The notes under the pieces were generated by a model. That model did no database searches, was not told where the DNA came from, and worked only from the letters and a program-made list of their open reading frames with translations. Position numbers and translations under genes: made by a program. From Deinococcus sp. (GTDB lineage: Bacteria; Deinococcota; Deinococci; Deinococcales; Deinococcaceae), in contig OZ253375.1 of NCBI GenBank assembly GCA_965261005.1, positions 352,001 through 416,000 of the forward strand: a stretch of 64,000 nt of DNA. The letters run 5' to 3'. Each line of letters opens with the position of its first letter. Within the stretch, counting starts at the first letter, position 1. Shown here in pieces: positions 24,504 through 39,570 of the stretch.

Positions 24504-27500
24504 TCAATACCTCAGCGAGTACCCCAGCTTAAAGGTGCTGCCCGAGCGCCCGCTGGTCACGCCGAACTGCACCCCCGAGCGCGGCGTGAAGTTGTAGGCC
24601 ACCGAGAACGAGGGATTGAGGGTCGCGAAATCTAAACCTTTGATGGGAGAGGAGGCCGCGAAGGTGAAGCGGCCGTCCTGGGTGGTGTAGCGGGCGTTCA
24701 GCAGGCCCTCGCCGCCCAGGTCCACCTGGTATTGCAGGTAAAACTCGCGCGTCAGGTAGGCGCCCAGCGTCAGCTGCGCCGAGAAGCCGCCCTCGCCGGA
24801 CAGCAAGTTGGTGCGCAGCCGCAGCACGTCGAGGCCGAGGGCCTTCGCCAGGCCGCGCTCGACCTCGCCCACGAAGAAGACGTTCAGGGCCGTCTTGAGG
24901 GCGCTCTGGGTTAATTCCCCCGGCAAGGTGGCGGCGCCCAAGGTCCCAAAAGCGACCAGCGCGTAGAGGTCGGACTCGGTCAGGGGCTGCCCGTCCCGCG
25001 TGCAATTGGCGCTGCACGCGAAACTGGTCTCCAAACTGAGCGCCCGCCCGCCCGAGCCGTCCGCCCCAAAGGTGCCGCGCACGCTCACGTCCACGCCCAC
25101 CGGGGTGTCCGCGTCCGGCACCACGCCGCTCGCCAGCACGCTGATGTCGGGATACGCCGACCCTCCGTCCCAAGTCGCGCCCGCCCGCTGGAGGGCGAAC
25201 TCGTTTTCGCGCAGAAACAGCGTGCCGCGCACTGCCCGCACGGTTCCGCGCAGCTTGGGATCGCTGGCCCGACCCGAGAGCGTCAGGCCGCCCTCGAAGT
25301 CCGCCCGCACCAAGTTCTCGTCGAGCCGCGCGCCGTTCGGCAGGCTGATGGGCACGTCGTCGAAGACGACGCGCTCTAAAAAGGGGCTGGCCGCCCCTTG
25401 GCCGCTCGGCGCCGGAAAGGTCACCAGCTCGGGCGGCAGCGGGCTGGTGAAGGTGCCCGGCCCCGCCGGGTTCTTGACGCTGCCGGGCGCGGTTAGCCCC
25501 TCCGGCGCGCCCGTTCGGCCCAGTACCAAGCGCGTGGCGCTCAACGTGCCGTCCACGGCGTAGTCCTCGCCGCGCTGGGTAACGCTCAAATCGCCGCTGA
25601 GCACGCTTTCCTTGGCGAAGATGGCGCCGATCTGCGGCGCAAAAGCGCGGGCGCGCACCCTCAAGTCCAGCTGTGGGGCGAGCCGCCCGGTCACGCTGAG
25701 GGTGCCCTCCTGCACGGCGCGGGCGTTCAGGGTCCAGCCGTCCCCCTCCTGCGCCAGATCGGCCACGACCTCGCCAACCGGGCCAACTTGGCGGCTGGCG
25801 AAGTCGCCGGCGTACCGGGCGCGAACGCCCGCTAGCTGTCCATTCGTGAAAGTGCCCCCCGCGCTCAGCCGCCCCCCCGCCGCCAGGGTGCCCCCCAGCT
25901 TGACGCCGCCCGAGAGCTGCCACGCGCCCCCCGCCAATTGGCCCGACACGTCGCTCAGGGCGAAGGTGACGCCGTTCAGCCCGCCCTGCAAGCTCGGCGC
26001 GCTCAGCTTGGCCTCGGGCCGCTCGTAGCGGCCGCCCAGGGTTAGCAGCACGTTCCCCTGCAAGCTCGGCCCCTGGCCCCGCAAGGCCGGCACCAGGGCG
26101 AGCACCGGCGTGAAGGTCGCGTTTCCGAAGCTGGCCCTCAAGTCCACGCCGGCCCGCGTGTACGTTCCCCGCACGTCCCAATCGCCCGCGCCGCCCAAAT
26201 GCACATTCACGTCCGTCAATTCGCGGTCGGCGTAGCTCAGGCTGCCGCCGCCAATCAAGCGCTCCTGCCCCGCCGCCACGCTCAAGCGCTCGGCAACCAG
26301 GTCGTAGCGCCCGGCCAGCGGGTCGGCGAGCGGCACCTCGAAGCGGGCCAGGCCGGTCAGCAAGCCCGTGCCCGGCAGCGGCCCCGTGGCCGCCGACAAG
26401 GCGGCGCCCAGCGGAAAGGCGCTCAGCTGCACCCGGCCGCGCAGCACCCCCGCCGCGAGCGAGCCGAACAGCTGCGAGTTGCCCAGGTAGCCGCGCACGC
26501 GCCACCCGTCGCCGTCGGCCGTGCCCTCGACGCGCGCGGGCAGCGCCTCGCCGGCCAGCTTCAAGTCCTGAGACGCCACCACGAAGCTGGACCCGCCGGG
26601 AGAAGAAAAGCTGGCGCTGACGCTCAGCTGCCCCTTTAAATTTGGCGCCACGTCCAGTCTCGCGAGGTCCAGCGAGGCGGCGCGGGCGTCCAACTGGTAG
26701 CTGCCGCTCGCCGGTTTTAGCCCGAGGTCCAGGCCGGGCAAACGCTCCGAGAGCAGCGCGCTCAAGTCGCCCTCGCCGCTCAGCCGCAGCGTGCCCGCCG
26801 GAACGTTCGCCGAGCCGTTCAAGTCGAAGCTGTTCTCTTTTATGCCGACGTCGCCGCTCAGCCGCACCGCCCGCCCGGCCAGCTTGAGGGGGTAGCCCGC
26901 CGCGCTCAGCGCGCCGTTCGCGAGGCCGTTCTCCAGCTTCAGCGCGGCCGACAGCGTGCCGCCGCCCCGCTTGAGCTGGCCCGACAATTGGCCCGACCAC
27001 GTCTGCGCGCGCCGCACGTTGACCGCTACCGTCCCGTCCGGCCCGCTGAGACTGCCCAGCACGCTCAGCTGCCCGTTCTCCAAGCTGGCGCCGCCGCTCA
27101 AATCACCGGCCAGCGGCAGGTCCAGCATGGGCACGCGCAGGGGAGAGGCCGCCCCCGTCACGGCGAACTGCCCCGACCCCGCCTGCCCCGACCCCGCGCC
27201 GCCGCCGGACTGATAGCTGGCGCTTGCCTGCACCCGGCCCCGCACGCCCGCCAGCCCCAACGCGGCGAGGTCGAGTCCCGGCAGGTTCAGGCGCACGCTC
27301 TGCCCGTCCAGCGTCAATTGCCCCCCGCTCTGTCCGTCCGAGATCAGCAGCCGGCCACCCTTGGGCGTCAGGTCGCCGGTCGCCGTCCAATTGCCGTAGG
27401 CGGCGTTCAGCGCGCCTTGCGGCGCCGCCAAGCTGCCCGAAAGGTCCAGGCGCACCCGGCCGCCGCCGCGGCTCAGGGTCGCCTCGCCGGACAGCGCGCC

Positions 27501-30500
27501 GCCGGCAAGCTCGAATTCCCCGGAGGCGCCCGTGTCCGGGCCGTTCAAAAAGGTCAGCCGCGCGCCCTGCCCGTCCGCCCGCAACGCCGTCGCCGCCCCC
27601 AGCAGCTTGGCACTGCCGGAAAGGCTCGGCCCCGTCCACGAACCGCCCAGCTTGAGGGCCACATCGTCCGTGAGAACGTTCTTCAAGGTGCTGCCCACCG
27701 CGCTCACCCGCCCGCCGCCGGTCCAGCCCAGCGCCCGGCTGCCGGCCACGTCGAAGCTGGCCCGCGCTCCCGCGCCCTCCAGGGTGCCGCTCGCGCTCAC
27801 GGCATTCGGCCCGCCGACCAGCTTGACCCGCCCCGCGACGTTGCCACTCACCTCGACCTGCGCCCGCCCGCCGCCCAAGTTGCCCGTGCCCGTGACCGAC
27901 AGGCGGCTGCCGTAAGCGCTCAGGGTCAGCCCGTCCAGGCTCAGCTGTCCCGCCCGCAGCTGTCCAACCGGCTTCCCACCCTGCGTGACCTCAAGCGCCG
28001 GCGACCCCAGCGGCCCGCCGCCCGACACCGCCACGCCCTCCAGCGTCACGCCGCCGCGCGCCACGTCTTGAAACGCGCCGGCGAGCGTGAGTTGCAGGTC
28101 GCTGAGCGGGCCGGTCAGGGCCACGTTCAGCGCGCCGGAGCCGCCCGCGCCAAGGGCGTCCAGCGGCGTGAGGGTCCCCCGCGCGCTGACTTGGGGCAGA
28201 AAGCCGCTCAGCTGAACCCGCGCGTTTCCGAGCGTCCCGGCGTCCACCTGGTAAGCCCCCGTCCCGTCGCCGCTGACCCGAACGGGCTGGGCCAGCGCCG
28301 CCAGCCTCGCCTCGGCGACGCCGCGCAATTGCGGCCAAGCGCCGGCCAGATCGAGCGTCAGCTTGTCCTGGCCGCGCGCCACCTCGCCGCTCAAGTTGAC
28401 GTTCACGGCCGGCGGCGACAGCCGCACCCCCGACAGCGCGCCGCTGAGGCTGCCCGAGTACGGCCCGCGCAGCTCGGCCCGCACGTCCGCACGCGGCCCG
28501 CGCAGTTGACCCGCGAGATCGAAGGTCGCCGCCACTTCCGGCCGCTCCAGGCGCAGCTGGCCGCCCAACTGCGGATTCCCGGCCGCGCCGCTCAGGGTCA
28601 GCGTCCCGTTCAACTGGCCCAGCGACGCGTCTTGCAGGTTCTTGACCGCAACCCGCACGCCCCCCGGTAGCGCGCCATTCACCGTCACGTCGCCCCCCAG
28701 AACTTGTCCTTTGAGGTCGGCGCTGAGTTCCCGTGGCGTGTACCCCAGCTGGCCCTCCAAAGCGAACGGCCCCACCCGCGCCTGAACGCCGCTCAGGCGC
28801 AAGTTCTCCAAGGTGGCCGAGGTCAGCCCGCTTCCGTTCCCCGCCGCCCGCGCCCCGCCGGCGAAGCGCAGCGACGTGACTTGCCAAGCGGGGGGCAGCA
28901 GCCGCGCCAAGTCGAGGCCCGGCGAAGTCAGGCTCGCCCGGTACGTGCCCCCGGTCCAGCGAACCCCGGCTTGCAGGACGGGTCCCTTCAGGGCCGCGCT
29001 GAGGGCGCCGTTCTCGAAGCTGCCGCTCAGATCGCCGCCGAGTTGGCCGGCCGCGTCCTCAAGCTGCCCGGTCAGACTGGCTTCCGGCGCGGCCCAGCTG
29101 CCGCCCAACTCGGCCCGCCCGCTGGCGCTCAGCTGACCGCCGCGCCCCCACAGCGCGCCCAGGTCGAAGCGTGCCAAGCTCACCTCGCCCCCCGGCCGAC
29201 CCAGGATGTCCGCCGGCAAGCGGGCGCTGACCTGACCGGCGCCGATTCGCCCGCCCAAGTTCAGGGCGCCCGCGCCGCGCGAGGTCAGCCGCGCCGCTTG
29301 GCCGTAGGCCCGCCCGCTCGCAATCAGATTTCCGCCCCAGCCCGCCGCCCGCGACCAGCTGGGATCGCCCGCCAGGGCCAGCCGGCCCTCCGGCCAGATC
29401 AGCTCACCGTCCACGTTGAACTCGGCGCGCGCCACGCCCGAGAGCGTGCCGCGCGCCTCGCCGCTCAGGGCGCCGGCGGCGCGCACGACCCAATCCCTGC
29501 CCAGCAGGCGGGCCGTGACCTCGCTGCCGGGAACGCTCAGGGTGGGCAGGGCGCCGGCTTTGCCGGTTCGCGTGGTCCCGCTCGCCTTCAGCTCTGGCTC
29601 GCTCAGGCGGCCCCCCGCGCTCCAACGGTACGTGCCGGGCAGCCCGGCGTTCACCTCGGCCCGCCCTGTTAACCCCAACCGGGGGTATAGCTGGCCGCCA
29701 CCGCTTAACTGAACGCCGGCGACGCTGGCCGCCGCGTTCTCCAAGCTCAGCGCGCCGCCTTGCCAGCGCAGCGGTGCGCTGAAGTCCGCGCCCGCGACCG
29801 TGCCGCGCAGCCTGCCCACCGCCGCCTGCAAGCTGCCCTCGACGCTGCCGCTCAGCTGGCCGCTTTGCCCGATCAGCGGCCTTAAGTCGGGCGCCAGCAC
29901 GCTCAGGCTGCCGCGCCAAGTGCCGCCCTCCGGCCGCGCCAGCAGCTCGGCGCGCGCCCCGGCCAGCTCGCCGCTCAGCTGGACGGCGCGCGCCCCAACC
30001 GTGCCGCCGAGCCGCACCGCCTTGTTCTGCACGACGCCCGAGGCCGCCACGCGCACGCCAGCCACCCAATCGCCCGCCAGTGTGCCGCTCAAGTCGCCGG
30101 AGGTGAGCTTGGCGCTCGCCCGTGGGTACAGCTGGCCGCGCAATTCGGCGGCTTGCCCGTTCAGCGCGCCGCTGAGGTCGGCATCCAGCTGGCCGGCGCG
30201 CAGGGTCAGGCTGCCCCCGGCCCGCCGCTCTCCCTGGCGCACATCCAGCCGGACCTCGCCCGCGCCGCGTTCCAAGTTGAAGCCCGGCAAGCGGAGGTCC
30301 CCCGTCAGCTCACCCGAGACCCCGTCCAGCCAGGGGCGCAAGTCGGCCGCCTCCAGCCGCGCCCCGCGCACGCTCAGGCCGTCCGCGCTCACCTCAAAGG
30401 GAAGCTGGCTGCCCGCGTGCGTCAGCGCGCCGCCCACGCGCCACGCGCCCGACCACCCAGCCACGGCGTCCAGGCCGACCGGCGCGCCCAGATAGCGGGT

Positions 30501-33500
30501 TCCGCTGAGGGTGGCCGTCGCCCTTGGTCCGTCCAAGTTCACCCGCAACCTTCCGGCCTCAAGCGCGCCCCGCAGCGTCTCCGGCAGGCGCGCCGCGAAG
30601 GGGGAAAGGTCGGCGCTGAGGCTGCCCTTGTGACGCGGCCACAGGGTGACCTTGCCCGTCAGGGGGCCGCCCGCCGTGGCGGTGAGGCCCGTCCCCCGCC
30701 CCCTCAACACGGCGCTTCCCGCTTGCCCGGCCAGCGAGTAGGGCACCCTCAGCGCGCCGGTGAACGACCCGTTCGCGTAGCCCAAGCCGCCCGCCCGCAC
30801 CGAGAGCGGGTTCAAAGAGGCGGCGAGCGGCACGCTCAGTCCGGGAAACGCCGCCACGTCCCCAAAAACCTGATCGCTCAGGGTCAATTGGCCCGTCAGC
30901 GCCGCGCCGCTTCCCCGCAAGCTGGCCTGTCCCCACTCGCCCGCCGCGCTCAGGTTTACCTCCGATAAGGTCGCCGGCAGCCTCAGGGTCGCCCCGCCGC
31001 TTAACCGCGTCCCGGCCCGCTCCCCTTCGATGCTCAGGCGGCCACCCCGCGCGCTCAGCCGCAGGTTCCCATCTTGCACCTGACCGCTGACCAGCCCGTG
31101 TTCGGCGCTCAGCGCGCCCGTCAGCGTCTCGCCGCGCACGCGGAGCTGATCGAGGTTCACCCGCCAGTCGCTCGCTGAGCCGGCCTCGAAGACTGGGCCG
31201 GCCTCGAAGGTCGCCGAGCCGCCCGCAGCGTCCCGCGCGCTTCCGCTCGCCCGCACATCCGCCCCCGTGCCCGTTACGCTGACGTCCAGCAGCACGTTCT
31301 CGATCTCGCCGCGCAGCTTGGCCTTGTAGCTCCGCCGGGGCACGTTCAGCTGACCGCTGGCCCGCAGGCCCAGCCCGGAGGCGACCAGGTCCACACCCCG
31401 CCACGGCCCGCCCGCCCGCAAGCGCGCGTCGCCCAGCTCGGCCCCCAAATCGAGGTTCCCCGCCCAATCCGGTCCCAGCCGCGCCGCGACCTGGGCCTGC
31501 CCGGTTCGCCCAAAGGCGCTGAGCCGCTGCCCGCCGTTCACGCGCAGCTGGCCGTCCGAAAACGAAAGTTTGAGGTCGCCCCAGCTGCCCGCCGCTCGCA
31601 GCGGCGTCAGCGTGCCGGCCAGCTTGAGCGTCTGCGCCGGCAGCGTCAGGCCGCCCAAGGTCGCCTTCGCCGTCTCACCGCCGAGCGACCAGCGCGCGCC
31701 CGTCGGCTCGCCGCTCACGTGCGCCGCCAGCGCTGAGCCGTAGGCCCGCAGCGTCCCGCTTAAATCGGCGCGCGGAAGGAGCGGCCCGCTCAGGCTCAGT
31801 CGCGCGCCCGAAGCGGCGGCGCTCAAGCTGGTCAGCCGCGCGGCGCCACGGTTCAGCGCCACACCTGCCTCGACAGTTGCCCCCGCCGCCGTGGCCCGCA
31901 CGCGGGCGCTGCCCACGCCGTTCTGGACCTTCAACGTCACTCGCCCGCTCAGGTCGGGCAGGTTCGCCAGCTGCCCGAATGCGGCCAAGTTGAGCCTGCC
32001 GCTCGCGCTCAGCCGCCCGTTTTGATAGCGCCCCTTCAATTCCTCGCCGCCGGTGTTCACCTGGAACGTGGCGCCGTTGTCGGTGTTGAGACGCGCGCTC
32101 AGGTCCGTTCCCTTGACGCGCACCTCGCTGGCGAAGCCGGGCGCCAGCGAGGTGCGGCCCTCGAAGCCGACGGCGCGCCAAGTTCCAGTGCGCCAACTCC
32201 CGGCGTAGCTGGCCCGCGTGCCGTCCAGCCGCGCCTCAAGCGACCCGCCCCGCCCACTGGCCGTCAGCTGCCCGCGCGCCGTGCCGTCCGCGTAGGTCAG
32301 GTCGCCGCTCGCCGTGAAGCCGGCCACCTCGAAGCCGCGCAACGTCAGACGGCCCCCGTTCCCGCTCCAGGTCGCCGAACCCGCGCCGAAGTTCCAGCTG
32401 CCGCGCCGCGCCGCCCAGCTCAGGTCCACGGGGCCAACCGCCCGTCCCTGGCCCGGCAAGTTCAGCGCGAGGCGCCCCCCCAGCTGGCCGCCCTTCAAAT
32501 TCAGCTGACCCCCACCGCTGGCGCTCGCTCCGTAGGCGCTGAGCCTATTCAAGCGCCAGGTGCCGCGCCCGTTCTCACCGACCTTCAGCGCGACCGCGCC
32601 GAGGTTCAGCTGGCCCCCCGCCGCGCCCCAGCGCCCCGTCCCGCTCAGCTCGACGGGGCCGTAGGCCAAGCGCGCCACCTTCAGCTTCAAGTCCCCGACC
32701 GTTCCGGTCGCTGAACCCCTCAGCGCCACCCCGCGCACGGCCGCGTTCAAGCTGGCGCTCAGCGCGCGGCTTTTCAGGGTATAGCTGCCGGTCAGCGGCC
32801 CGCCGAGGGCGCTTCCCGTCAGGCGCACCCGGTCGCCCTGGGCGTCCGCGCCCAGCTTCAGCGGCGCGCCGAGCAGCCGTCCCTCCAGCATCCCGCGCCC
32901 TGCGCCGCCCAGCGTCCAATCGGCCCGCACGCGCTGCGTTTCGCCCGCGAATGCGGTCTGCGCTCGCAGGCTCACCTTGCTTTGCCCGGCGTTCAGGTCG
33001 TAAGTCGCCTTCACGTTCCTCAGCGACACGCCGGCGAGCGTCCCGCCGCCCGTCAGGCTCGCCGTCACCTCCGGCTCGCTCCAGCCGCTCACGCGCGCAT
33101 TCAACCGAAGTTGCCCGGCCCCCGTCGTTCCCAGCGCCGCTGCGGCGTCCCCCAACGTAGGCGCGCCCGTCACGGTCGCCGTGTACACCCGGCGCGCCGT
33201 GTCGATGTCGGCCCGCGCCGTGACCGGTCCGCCCAAGCTGCGCCCACTGAGGTCGAGCCGGAAGCGGTCCCCGTCATGAATGACCGTGCCGGTGACGTCC
33301 CGCACCCGCACGTTCTCGTTCTGCGGCAGCACGACCTCGCCGCCCGTCAAATTTAAATTGCCGTGCAAGTCACCGCCGTCGAAGCTGTAGTGCCCCGTCA
33401 ACTTGCCGCCGCGCACGCCGTCCCAGTAGGCGTTCAGCAGCGTGGCGTCGGCCGTGATGTCCGCCGCGCCGCGCAGCTGTTTGTCGCCCGGTTGGTAGCG

Positions 33501-33992
33501 AATGTCTGCCTGAGCGCCGCCGTTCTCGGTGGTGGCCCGAAGGCGCAGTTGCCCGCCCGCGCCGCTCACGCTCAGCCGCGCGTTCGGTAGCTTGTACCCC
33601 CTGTTGTCGAGGTTGACCCGCACGTTCTCGACTGAGAAGTCCTGCGGCACGAAGCTCCAGCCGCTGCGCCGCTGTCCCGACAGCAGTTGCTTGAGGTCGA
33701 GGTCCACGGTCGCGTCTCTCAGGCCGCCCGAAAAGCGCAACACCTTAGAGAACGGATTGGGCCGCCGCACGTTCAGCCGCAACTCACCCGCGCGCACCCG
33801 CACCCCCGGCCCCGTCACCTGCGCCTCAAAGAGCACCGGCGCCCACAGCGGCCCGCCCACCGACTCGGCCCGCACGGTATACCCGCCCGGCAAACGCTCC
33901 AGCAAGGCTCTCCCGTACAGCGGCAAACCGAACAGCGTCAGCGCCACCAACGTGCCCAGCAGCGTCAGCAGCGCCCAGCGCAGGGTCTTCAC
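24504..33992 (-). CDS. tamB: Giant TamB/AsmA-like translocation and assembly module protein (3162 aa)
   Basis: N-terminal TM anchor, long Gly/Leu/Ala beta-rich body, DUF490-like C-terminus; TAAACT 6 nt before GTG. Confidence 0.75.
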   Translation of the reverse strand: MKTLRWALLTLLGTLVALTLFGLPLYGRALLERLPGGYTVRAESVGGPLWAPVLFEAQVTGPGVRVRAGELRLNVRRPNPFSKVLRFSGGLRDATVDLDLKQLLSGQRRSGWSFVPQDFSVENVRVNLDNRGYKLPNARLSVSGAGGQLRLRATTENGGAQADIRYQPGDKQLRGAADITADATLLNAYWDGVRGGKLTGHYSFDGGDLHGNLNLTGGEVVLPQNENVRVRDVTGTVIHDGDRFRLDLSGRSLGGPVTARADIDTARRVYTATVTGAPTLGDAAAALGTTGAGQLRLNARVSGWSEPEVTASLTGGGTLAGVSLRNVKATYDLNAGQSKVSLRAQTAFAGETQRVRADWTLGGAGRGMLEGRLLGAPLKLGADAQGDRVRLTGSALGGPLTGSYTLKSRALSASLNAAVRGVALRGSATGTVGDLKLKVARLAYGPVELSGTGRWGAAGGQLNLGAVALKVGENGRGTWRLNRLSAYGASASGGGQLNLKGGQLGGRLALNLPGQGRAVGPVDLSWAARRGSWNFGAGSATWSGNGGRLTLRGFEVAGFTASGDLTYADGTARGQLTASGRGGSLEARLDGTRASYAGSWRTGTWRAVGFEGRTSLAPGFASEVRVKGTDLSARLNTDNGATFQVNTGGEELKGRYQNGRLSASGRLNLAAFGQLANLPDLSGRVTLKVQNGVGSARVRATAAGATVEAGVALNRGAARLTSLSAAASGARLSLSGPLLPRADLSGTLRAYGSALAAHVSGEPTGARWSLGGETAKATLGGLTLPAQTLKLAGTLTPLRAAGSWGDLKLSFSDGQLRVNGGQRLSAFGRTGQAQVAARLGPDWAGNLDLGAELGDARLRAGGPWRGVDLVASGLGLRASGQLNVPRRSYKAKLRGEIENVLLDVSVTGTGADVRASGSARDAAGGSATFEAGPVFEAGSASDWRVNLDQLRVRGETLTGALSAEHGLVSGQVQDGNLRLSARGGRLSIEGERAGTRLSGGATLRLPATLSEVNLSAAGEWGQASLRGSGAALTGQLTLSDQVFGDVAAFPGLSVPLAASLNPLSVRAGGLGYANGSFTGALRVPYSLAGQAGSAVLRGRGTGLTATAGGPLTGKVTLWPRHKGSLSADLSPFAARLPETLRGALEAGRLRVNLDGPRATATLSGTRYLGAPVGLDAVAGWSGAWRVGGALTHAGSQLPFEVSADGLSVRGARLEAADLRPWLDGVSGELTGDLRLPGFNLERGAGEVRLDVRQGERRAGGSLTLRAGQLDADLSGALNGQAAELRGQLYPRASAKLTSGDLSGTLAGDWVAGVRVAASGVVQNKAVRLGGTVGARAVQLSGELAGARAELLARPEGGTWRGSLSVLAPDLRPLIGQSGQLSGSVEGSLQAAVGRLRGTVAGADFSAPLRWQGGALSLENAAASVAGVQLSGGGQLYPRLGLTGRAEVNAGLPGTYRWSAGGRLSEPELKASGTTRTGKAGALPTLSVPGSEVTARLLGRDWVVRAAGALSGEARGTLSGVARAEFNVDGELIWPEGRLALAGDPSWSRAAGWGGNLIASGRAYGQAARLTSRGAGALNLGGRIGAGQVSARLPADILGRPGGEVSLARFDLGALWGRGGQLSASGRAELGGSWAAPEASLTGQLEDAAGQLGGDLSGSFENGALSAALKGPVLQAGVRWTGGTYRASLTSPGLDLARLLPPAWQVTSLRFAGGARAAGNGSGLTSATLENLRLSGVQARVGPFALEGQLGYTPRELSADLKGQVLGGDVTVNGALPGGVRVAVKNLQDASLGQLNGTLTLSGAAGNPQLGGQLRLERPEVAATFDLAGQLRGPRADVRAELRGPYSGSLSGALSGVRLSPPAVNVNLSGEVARGQDKLTLDLAGAWPQLRGVAEARLAALAQPVRVSGDGTGAYQVDAGTLGNARVQLSGFLPQVSARGTLTPLDALGAGGSGALNVALTGPLSDLQLTLAGAFQDVARGGVTLEGVAVSGGGPLGSPALEVTQGGKPVGQLRAGQLSLDGLTLSAYGSRLSVTGTGNLGGGRAQVEVSGNVAGRVKLVGGPNAVSASGTLEGAGARASFDVAGSRALGWTGGGRVSAVGSTLKNVLTDDVALKLGGSWTGPSLSGSAKLLGAATALRADGQGARLTFLNGPDTGASGEFELAGGALSGEATLSRGGGRVRLDLSGSLAAPQGALNAAYGNWTATGDLTPKGGRLLISDGQSGGQLTLDGQSVRLNLPGLDLAALGLAGVRGRVQASASYQSGGGAGSGQAGSGQFAVTGAASPLRVPMLDLPLAGDLSGGASLENGQLSVLGSLSGPDGTVAVNVRRAQTWSGQLSGQLKRGGGTLSAALKLENGLANGALSAAGYPLKLAGRAVRLSGDVGIKENSFDLNGSANVPAGTLRLSGEGDLSALLSERLPGLDLGLKPASGSYQLDARAASLDLARLDVAPNLKGQLSVSASFSSPGGSSFVVASQDLKLAGEALPARVEGTADGDGWRVRGYLGNSQLFGSLAAGVLRGRVQLSAFPLGAALSAATGPLPGTGLLTGLARFEVPLADPLAGRYDLVAERLSVAAGQERLIGGGSLSYADRELTDVNVHLGGAGDWDVRGTYTRAGVDLRASFGNATFTPVLALVPALRGQGPSLQGNVLLTLGGRYERPEAKLSAPSLQGGLNGVTFALSDVSGQLAGGAWQLSGGVKLGGTLAAGGRLSAGGTFTNGQLAGVRARYAGDFASRQVGPVGEVVADLAQEGDGWTLNARAVQEGTLSVTGRLAPQLDLRVRARAFAPQIGAIFAKESVLSGDLSVTQRGEDYAVDGTLSATRLVLGRTGAPEGLTAPGSVKNPAGPGTFTSPLPPELVTFPAPSGQGAASPFLERVVFDDVPISLPNGARLDENLVRADFEGGLTLSGRASDPKLRGTVRAVRGTLFLRENEFALQRAGATWDGGSAYPDISVLASGVVPDADTPVGVDVSVRGTFGADGSGGRALSLETSFACSANCTRDGQPLTESDLYALVAFGTLGAATLPGELTQSALKTALNVFFVGEVERGLAKALGLDVLRLRTNLLSGEGGFSAQLTLGAYLTREFYLQYQVDLGGEGLLNARYTTQDGRFTFAASSPIKGLDFATLNPSFSVAYNFTPRSGVQFGVTSGRSGSTFKLGYSLRY

Positions 33993-34096
33993 CGGAAAAG
34001 TTTAAACTGATGAGCGTGAGTTTCAAAATTTCTTTAGAAAGTTTGGCGTCAGGTTTGCTGAACGCCCTTTTTTCTGGCTTCCCTTAAACTGCCCGC

Positions 34097-34384
34097 ATGC
34101 GACCCGGCCAGCGACCCATCAGCCGACTGAGCGCCCTGGTGTCCGGCGAGGTGCAGGGCGTCGGCTACCGCCGCTTTGTGCGCCAGCGCGCCCTCGACCT
34201 CGGCCTCAGCGGCTACGCCGAAAACCTCTCGGACGGCCGGGTGGAGATTGTGGCCGAGGGCAAAAAAGACGATCTGGAGCGCCTGCTGCACTGGCTGCGG
34301 CGCGGCCCACCCCACGCCCGCGTGGACCGTCTGGACGAGCAGTGGGCCGAGGCGACCGGGCTGGAAGCGTTTTACGTGTATTAA
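34097..34384 (+). CDS. acyP: Acylphosphatase
   Basis: [30 protein letters not shown]. Confidence 0.93.
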   Translation: MRPGQRPISRLSALVSGEVQGVGYRRFVRQRALDLGLSGYAENLSDGRVEIVAEGKKDDLERLLHWLRRGPPHARVDRLDEQWAEATGLEAFYVY

Positions 34385-34403
34385 CCGCGAAGCACAGTTT
34401 TCT

Positions 34404-34820
34404 TTACAATGTGATGACGTTCAAGGTGGGGAAGTCGCCAAAGTTGTCCAGGTTGAGGGTAAAGAGCCGGTCGGCCCGCCACAAGGCGTGCGCGCCGATC
34501 AAAAAATCCGGCAGCACCGGCCGAACACCACGCCGACCACTTGCCCGCCGCCTCGCGTGATACTCCGCATTGGCACGTCCCGCCTCCCGCCACACTTCCA
34601 ACTCGCCGCCGCTGTCCAGCGTCACGCCGGTCTGGGCCAGGAAGACGTCAATCAGCTTGCCGGGTGTGTCTGCCCGACCGTGCAACTCGGCGTAGACGAC
34701 CCCGCAGATCAGCAGCGGCCCGTCCGCGCCGAGCTGTTTCAGGATGTAGGCGACCTCGGGAGCGCGGCTGGCGCCGCCCAACAGCTCGCTGACGACGTTG
34801 GTGTCCAGAGCGGTTCTCAA
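34404..34820 (-). CDS. vapC: VapC/PIN domain toxin
   Basis: LDTNVVS, VYAEL, DFLIGAHA; overlaps antitoxin stop. Confidence 0.88.
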   Translation of the reverse strand: MRTALDTNVVSELLGGASRAPEVAYILKQLGADGPLLICGVVYAELHGRADTPGKLIDVFLAQTGVTLDSGGELEVWREAGRANAEYHARRRASGRRGVRPVLPDFLIGAHALWRADRLFTLNLDNFGDFPTLNVITL

Positions 34821-35140
34821 GAAGCGCCGGCCTCATCATCGGTTCGACCAAGGCGTGTGACTTTGGCGCCCGGCCCGGTTCGCAATATTCGCAAGTCCTC
34901 CTCGTCCAATCCGGCGTAGCGGCTTTGACGCGCGAATTCCTCCCAACTCTCCCCGCTTGGCGCCGCTCCTATCCAGGCCAAAAAAGGATTTTCGCCCGCC
35001 CGCTTGGGACGAAGGTGAATCCCCGCCTCGTCCATCACAAACTCCACCTCGTCGCCGCGCTCCACGCCCAGCCGAGCGCGAACTTCCTTGGGCAACACGA
35101 CTTGGCCCTTGCTGCTGACGGACGCACGAACCGTTTTCAC
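34817..35140 (-). CDS. vapB: AbrB/MazE/SpoVT-type antitoxin
   Basis: VSSKGQVVLPKEVRARLGVERGDEVEF. Confidence 0.85.
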   Translation of the reverse strand: MKTVRASVSSKGQVVLPKEVRARLGVERGDEVEFVMDEAGIHLRPKRAGENPFLAWIGAAPSGESWEEFARQSRYAGLDEEDLRILRTGPGAKVTRLGRTDDEAGAS

Positions 35141-35245
35141 GCTTCACCTCTGTCTTACAGGGTAGCGCCTGAAGTAAGCTCCAGACGCTTGACCTCCCGC
35201 CCCTCCGCCCGTTACACTCCCCTCAGTTTCGCCACCGCGGAACCA

Positions 35246-35370
35246 CTCTTATCCAGAGCGCGCCAGGGACCTGGCCCCATGAAGCGCGCAGCAACCGGCC
35301 CTCATCGCGGCACGGTGCTTTCCAGCCCCAGCGGCAGCCGACGATGGCGAACGCGCGGGACCGATAAGGG
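35246..35370 (+). promoter_or_regulatory. SAM-I riboswitch
   Basis: CTTATCCAGAG..GGGAC.TGGCCC..GAAG..GCAACC..GGTGCT..GATAAG; upstream of methionine biosynthesis genes. Confidence 0.9.
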
Positions 35371-35389
35371 AAGGGTTTCCGCCTGCGCG

Positions 35390-35421
35390 CCCCCTTCTCT
35401 CAGGAGAGGGGGACTTTTTGT
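35390..35421 (+). terminator. Riboswitch expression-platform terminator
   Basis: CCCCTTCTCT-C-AGGAGAGGGG hairpin followed by ACTTTTTG. Confidence 0.7.
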
Positions 35422-35430
35422 GTCCCCTGA

Positions 35431-37772
<2,342 letters not shown>

Positions 37773-37785
37773 AAAGTCACTTTTC

Positions 37786-38625
37786 CTATCTCGGCCAATC
37801 AGCGTTGCGCTCCACAAATCCCGTAAACGCCCAGCCAAAGTCAGTGAGTCGGTAGTGTCCCTCTGTCGGGTTGTCCCTATCCCAGTTTTCCTCTGCGGCA
37901 ACTGTTCTATACTCCACGCTAACTAGGCCTAGTCGTACAAGATTATTTAATCGTCCATCAAGGTATCCCCAAGTGTGGAACGTAGCTACAGAACTTAGGT
38001 CAGAGAAGTCACGTCCGAGATTTCCCATAACTTGTGTGTGGCTTAATTCTAACTCCGTAGGAATTTTCACCTCATTTCCTGACTCATCTGTAAAACCTTC
38101 TTGTGGTAAATCAAGCCATACTCTGAGAAGCTGAATATCAGTATCACTGATATTCCTTAAAGCGTCAGCCATTGCCTGCTCCTCAAGGAGTGTGATAGTT
38201 CGGCCTGTAGGTTTGCATATAACATTTTTAAGTAGACTCGCGTAATATTGAGCCTTGCCACTTTCAGTATCCTCCTCAACGTGACGGATAATACGCTCCA
38301 CTAAATCTCGTACATTGGGATACTTCGTAACAAGGTCTTCTATGTCATGCGGTTGTAAATGTTCCTTAGACAGTAGTTTACCCAAATACTGTAACATTCG
38401 ATCTGTCCGCTCAACCGCATACTTTTCTCGAGAGCCATATTGATTCAATTCTTCACGTCTCTCAATCGCCCAAATATACAGTATAGAGCCGGTATCAACA
38501 AGTAGTGGAGCGAAAATCACAGCTAAATCCGGCGGAAAGCCTAAGTGTTGAAGCTGAGTAACGAGTATAGCTGTCGCGGGTGACACCAGTGCATCTCGTA
38601 TACGTTTCATATTTTCAAAATTCAT
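37786..38625 (-). CDS. AT-rich hypothetical protein, Abi-alpha/DUF4393-like
   Basis: Strong AAGGAGG RBS; K..YYASLL, L.NISDTDIQLL, LNNLVRLGLV, YRLTDFGWAF pattern. Confidence 0.5.
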   Translation of the reverse strand: MNFENMKRIRDALVSPATAILVTQLQHLGFPPDLAVIFAPLLVDTGSILYIWAIERREELNQYGSREKYAVERTDRMLQYLGKLLSKEHLQPHDIEDLVTKYPNVRDLVERIIRHVEEDTESGKAQYYASLLKNVICKPTGRTITLLEEQAMADALRNISDTDIQLLRVWLDLPQEGFTDESGNEVKIPTELELSHTQVMGNLGRDFSDLSSVATFHTWGYLDGRLNNLVRLGLVSVEYRTVAAEENWDRDNPTEGHYRLTDFGWAFTGFVERNADWPR

Positions 38626-38717
38626 TTTACCTCCTTTTGCTAGCGGACACCTAATTTTACATTTTGCTCTTCATAAAAGCTCATAGTAGAATTAACAGGT
38701 TCATTAACATCTATCCA

Positions 38718-39554
38718 TTACTCCAGCAGCCGCGCGAAGTTGGACAGCAGCAGCGCCGAGGTGAGCGGTCCCACGCCGCCCGGCACCGGCGTCAGGGCGC
38801 GGACCACGTCGGCCACGTCCCCCGCCACGTCGCCGACCACCAAACCCGCCGACACGTTGATGCCGGCGTCAACCACGACCTGATGGGGCTTCACGTGGCG
38901 CCCCTCCAGCAGACACGGTTGCCCGACCGCGACCACCACGGCGTCGCAGGGGGCCAGCACTTCGGCGAGCCGTTGGGTGAACGGGTTGCACACCGTCACC
39001 GTCGCGCCGGCGTTGTTCAGCAGCCACACGAGGGGGCGCCCCACCGTGCGCCCCGGCCCGACCACGGCGACGTGCGCGCCCTTCAACTCCAGCGCCTCCT
39101 CCAGCAACATGCGGCAGGCGTTTGGGGTGGGCGGCAACATGGCCTCCTCCTCGCGTCCCGCCGCGATCAGGGCCAGATTGGCGGGGGAGAGGCCCTCCAC
39201 GTCCTTGTGGGGCGGCAGGTGGGCCAGGGCGCGGTCGGCGTCGAGCTGGGGAACCAGCGGCAACTCCAGCATCACGCCGCCCACGGCCGGGTCGTCGCCG
39301 AGGGCGCGCAGCTCGGCCTCCAGCTGCTCCTGACTGGCTCCCGCCCCCAAGTCCAGCGTCCTGAAGGCGATGCCCAGCTTGCCGGCCCGCCGCGCCTTGC
39401 CCTGCACGTACACCCGCGTCGCCGGGTCGTCCGAGGCGACCACGGCCACCAGGGCGGGCGCCGGCCCGAGGTGGGCCAGTTTGGCGCGCGTTTCGCGGGT
39501 GACTTCTCGCGCCAGGGGTTCGCCGCGCAGCAGCGTGAGGGCGTCCGTCTTCAT
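38718..39554 (-). CDS. folD: Methylenetetrahydrofolate dehydrogenase/cyclohydrolase
   Basis: [30 protein letters not shown]. Confidence 0.92.
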   Translation of the reverse strand: MKTDALTLLRGEPLAREVTRETRAKLAHLGPAPALVAVVASDDPATRVYVQGKARRAGKLGIAFRTLDLGAGASQEQLEAELRALGDDPAVGGVMLELPLVPQLDADRALAHLPPHKDVEGLSPANLALIAAGREEEAMLPPTPNACRMLLEEALELKGAHVAVVGPGRTVGRPLVWLLNNAGATVTVCNPFTQRLAEVLAPCDAVVVAVGQPCLLEGRHVKPHQVVVDAGINVSAGLVVGDVAGDVADVVRALTPVPGGVGPLTSALLLSNFARLLE

Positions 39555-39570
39555 CTCAGTGCCGCCGCGT

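Noticed and set aside
24504..33992. Frequent GCTCAG/GCTGAG hexamers and apparent repeats in tamB
   Set aside because: Explained by Leu-Ser codon pairs (CTG AGC) in beta-strand-rich sequence; no spacer structure.
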